DNA of 64,000 nucleotides from an uncultured Candidatus Saccharibacteria bacterium. Its GTDB lineage: Bacteria; Patescibacteriota; Dojkabacteria; B142; JAFGMG01. A program made the position numbers and the translations under genes. Below the pieces are notes generated by a model. That model worked only from the letters and a program-made list of their open reading frames with translations, was not told the origin of the DNA and did not search any database. The DNA lies in the NCBI GenBank assembly GCA_964391325.1, contig CAYMJM010000003.1:3211-67210 (forward strand). The letters run 5' to 3'. Below, piece after piece: positions 63,450-64,000 of the stretch (its first letter is position 1; each line of letters opens with the position of its first letter).

Positions 63450-64000
63450 ATGTATGCTAGTTATAAAATTAATAACGAAATCAAATTTTCATACCCCCTT
63501 ATCAGCGTTAAAGGGGGATTGCCGCATCTTCAGGATTTAATTTCTCAGCAGTTATTGACGAGCCTTAGGAAGTCCAGCCCAAATACGGAAGTGCTAGTAG
63601 TAAGGCGTTTCTCTTCGGATATTATGAGGTTCGTAAATTCCATTGAAATGGTTGATAAAGGAATTACATACGCGGGGTTGTCTCTCACTTTGACAGAGAC
63701 GGGTTTTGATTTTGTAATGAAGGTAGAGGGGCCAGGACAGTATAGCCGGCAGGGAGATAGTATATCTTTTTGGCCTATTGGATATGAACGCCCTATAAGA
63801 GCTGAATTTTTTGATGACACTTTGGAGTCTATGGTCAGCTATGATGAACTATATGGAAGAAAGTATTCCAGTAGGAATAGAGCATTTATTGGCAAAGCTG
63901 ACATCCTCGATGATAAAGTGGAGTGGGCAAATCTGCTATTTCCATCTCAGACTAAGCAAGAGAACTCCACTCTACTTAAATTTGATGAAAACTTTAAGGG
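63450..64000 (+). CDS. N-terminal part of a probable Mfd transcription-repair factor (runs off the window)
   Basis: Not in the ORF track. Frame is open from ATG 63450. L..TGF..V.KVEGPGQYSRQGD.I.FWP.....P.RAEFFDDTLES..SYD resembles the UvrA-interacting domain of Mfd/UvrB. Confidence 0.7.
   Translation, partial: MYASYKINNEIKFSYPLISVKGGLPHLQDLISQQLLTSLRKSSPNTEVLVVRRFSSDIMRFVNSIEMVDKGITYAGLSLTLTETGFDFVMKVEGPGQYSRQGDSISFWPIGYERPIRAEFFDDTLESMVSYDELYGRKYSSRNRAFIGKADILDDKVEWANLLFPSQTKQENSTLLKFDENFK

Noticed and set aside
754-63820. Many short ORFs in the track, antisense or out of frame to recognised genes (e.g. 754-1146, 7675-7989, 13812-14213, 18021-18410, 58683-59030, 63545-63820)
   Set aside because: They lie within well-supported genes and show no motifs; they are shadow ORFs.
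1-64000. Alternative genetic code (UGA = Gly or Trp, as in Gracilibacteria/Absconditabacteria)
   Set aside because: Conserved genes are full length under code 11, and TGA ends genes such as miaA, dinB and znuA at expected positions.

Overview
AT-rich bacterial chromosomal segment (roughly 35% GC by eye) with standard genetic code, dense housekeeping content, weak or absent Shine-Dalgarno sites and several apparently leaderless genes. These traits and the gene repertoire suggest a Patescibacteria/CPR genome, possibly Dojkabacteria- or Microgenomates-like (inference, not verified). Translation genes: lepA, trpS, proS, archaeal-type aspS, miaA, rnj, three tRNAs and two T-box leaders. Metabolism and transport: pyk, gpmI, ppaC and a Zur-znuACB zinc locus. 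Cell wall: a rearranged dcw cluster (mraZ-rsmH-ftsL-ftsI-GH-murA-Mur-like-ECF sigma-murE). There are also many DNA-repair and nucleotide house-cleaning genes (Ogg, EndoQ, UvrD, RecD-like, DinB, RarA, two SSBs, Mfd N-terminus). I found no CRISPR array, integrase, transposase or prophage. Best leads: (1) a putative lipid salvage/remodelling module of PHP phosphoesterase, an unannotated kinase-fold protein, CarS-like CDP-archaeol synthase, CDP-alcohol phosphatidyltransferase and DUF212 PAP2. (2) A perfect TTCGG-N6-TTCGG direct repeat at the promoters of dinB, rarA and the mraZ/dcw operon, suggesting an SOS-like regulon wired to cell division. (3) An AspRS-YbaK/ProX fusion behind an editing-less ProRS, with an unusually compact T-box. 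(4) A multi-stem mraZ leader RNA. (5) A P-loop-dead Mur ligase paired with an ECF sigma factor. All calls come from motif reading only; no database searches were run.
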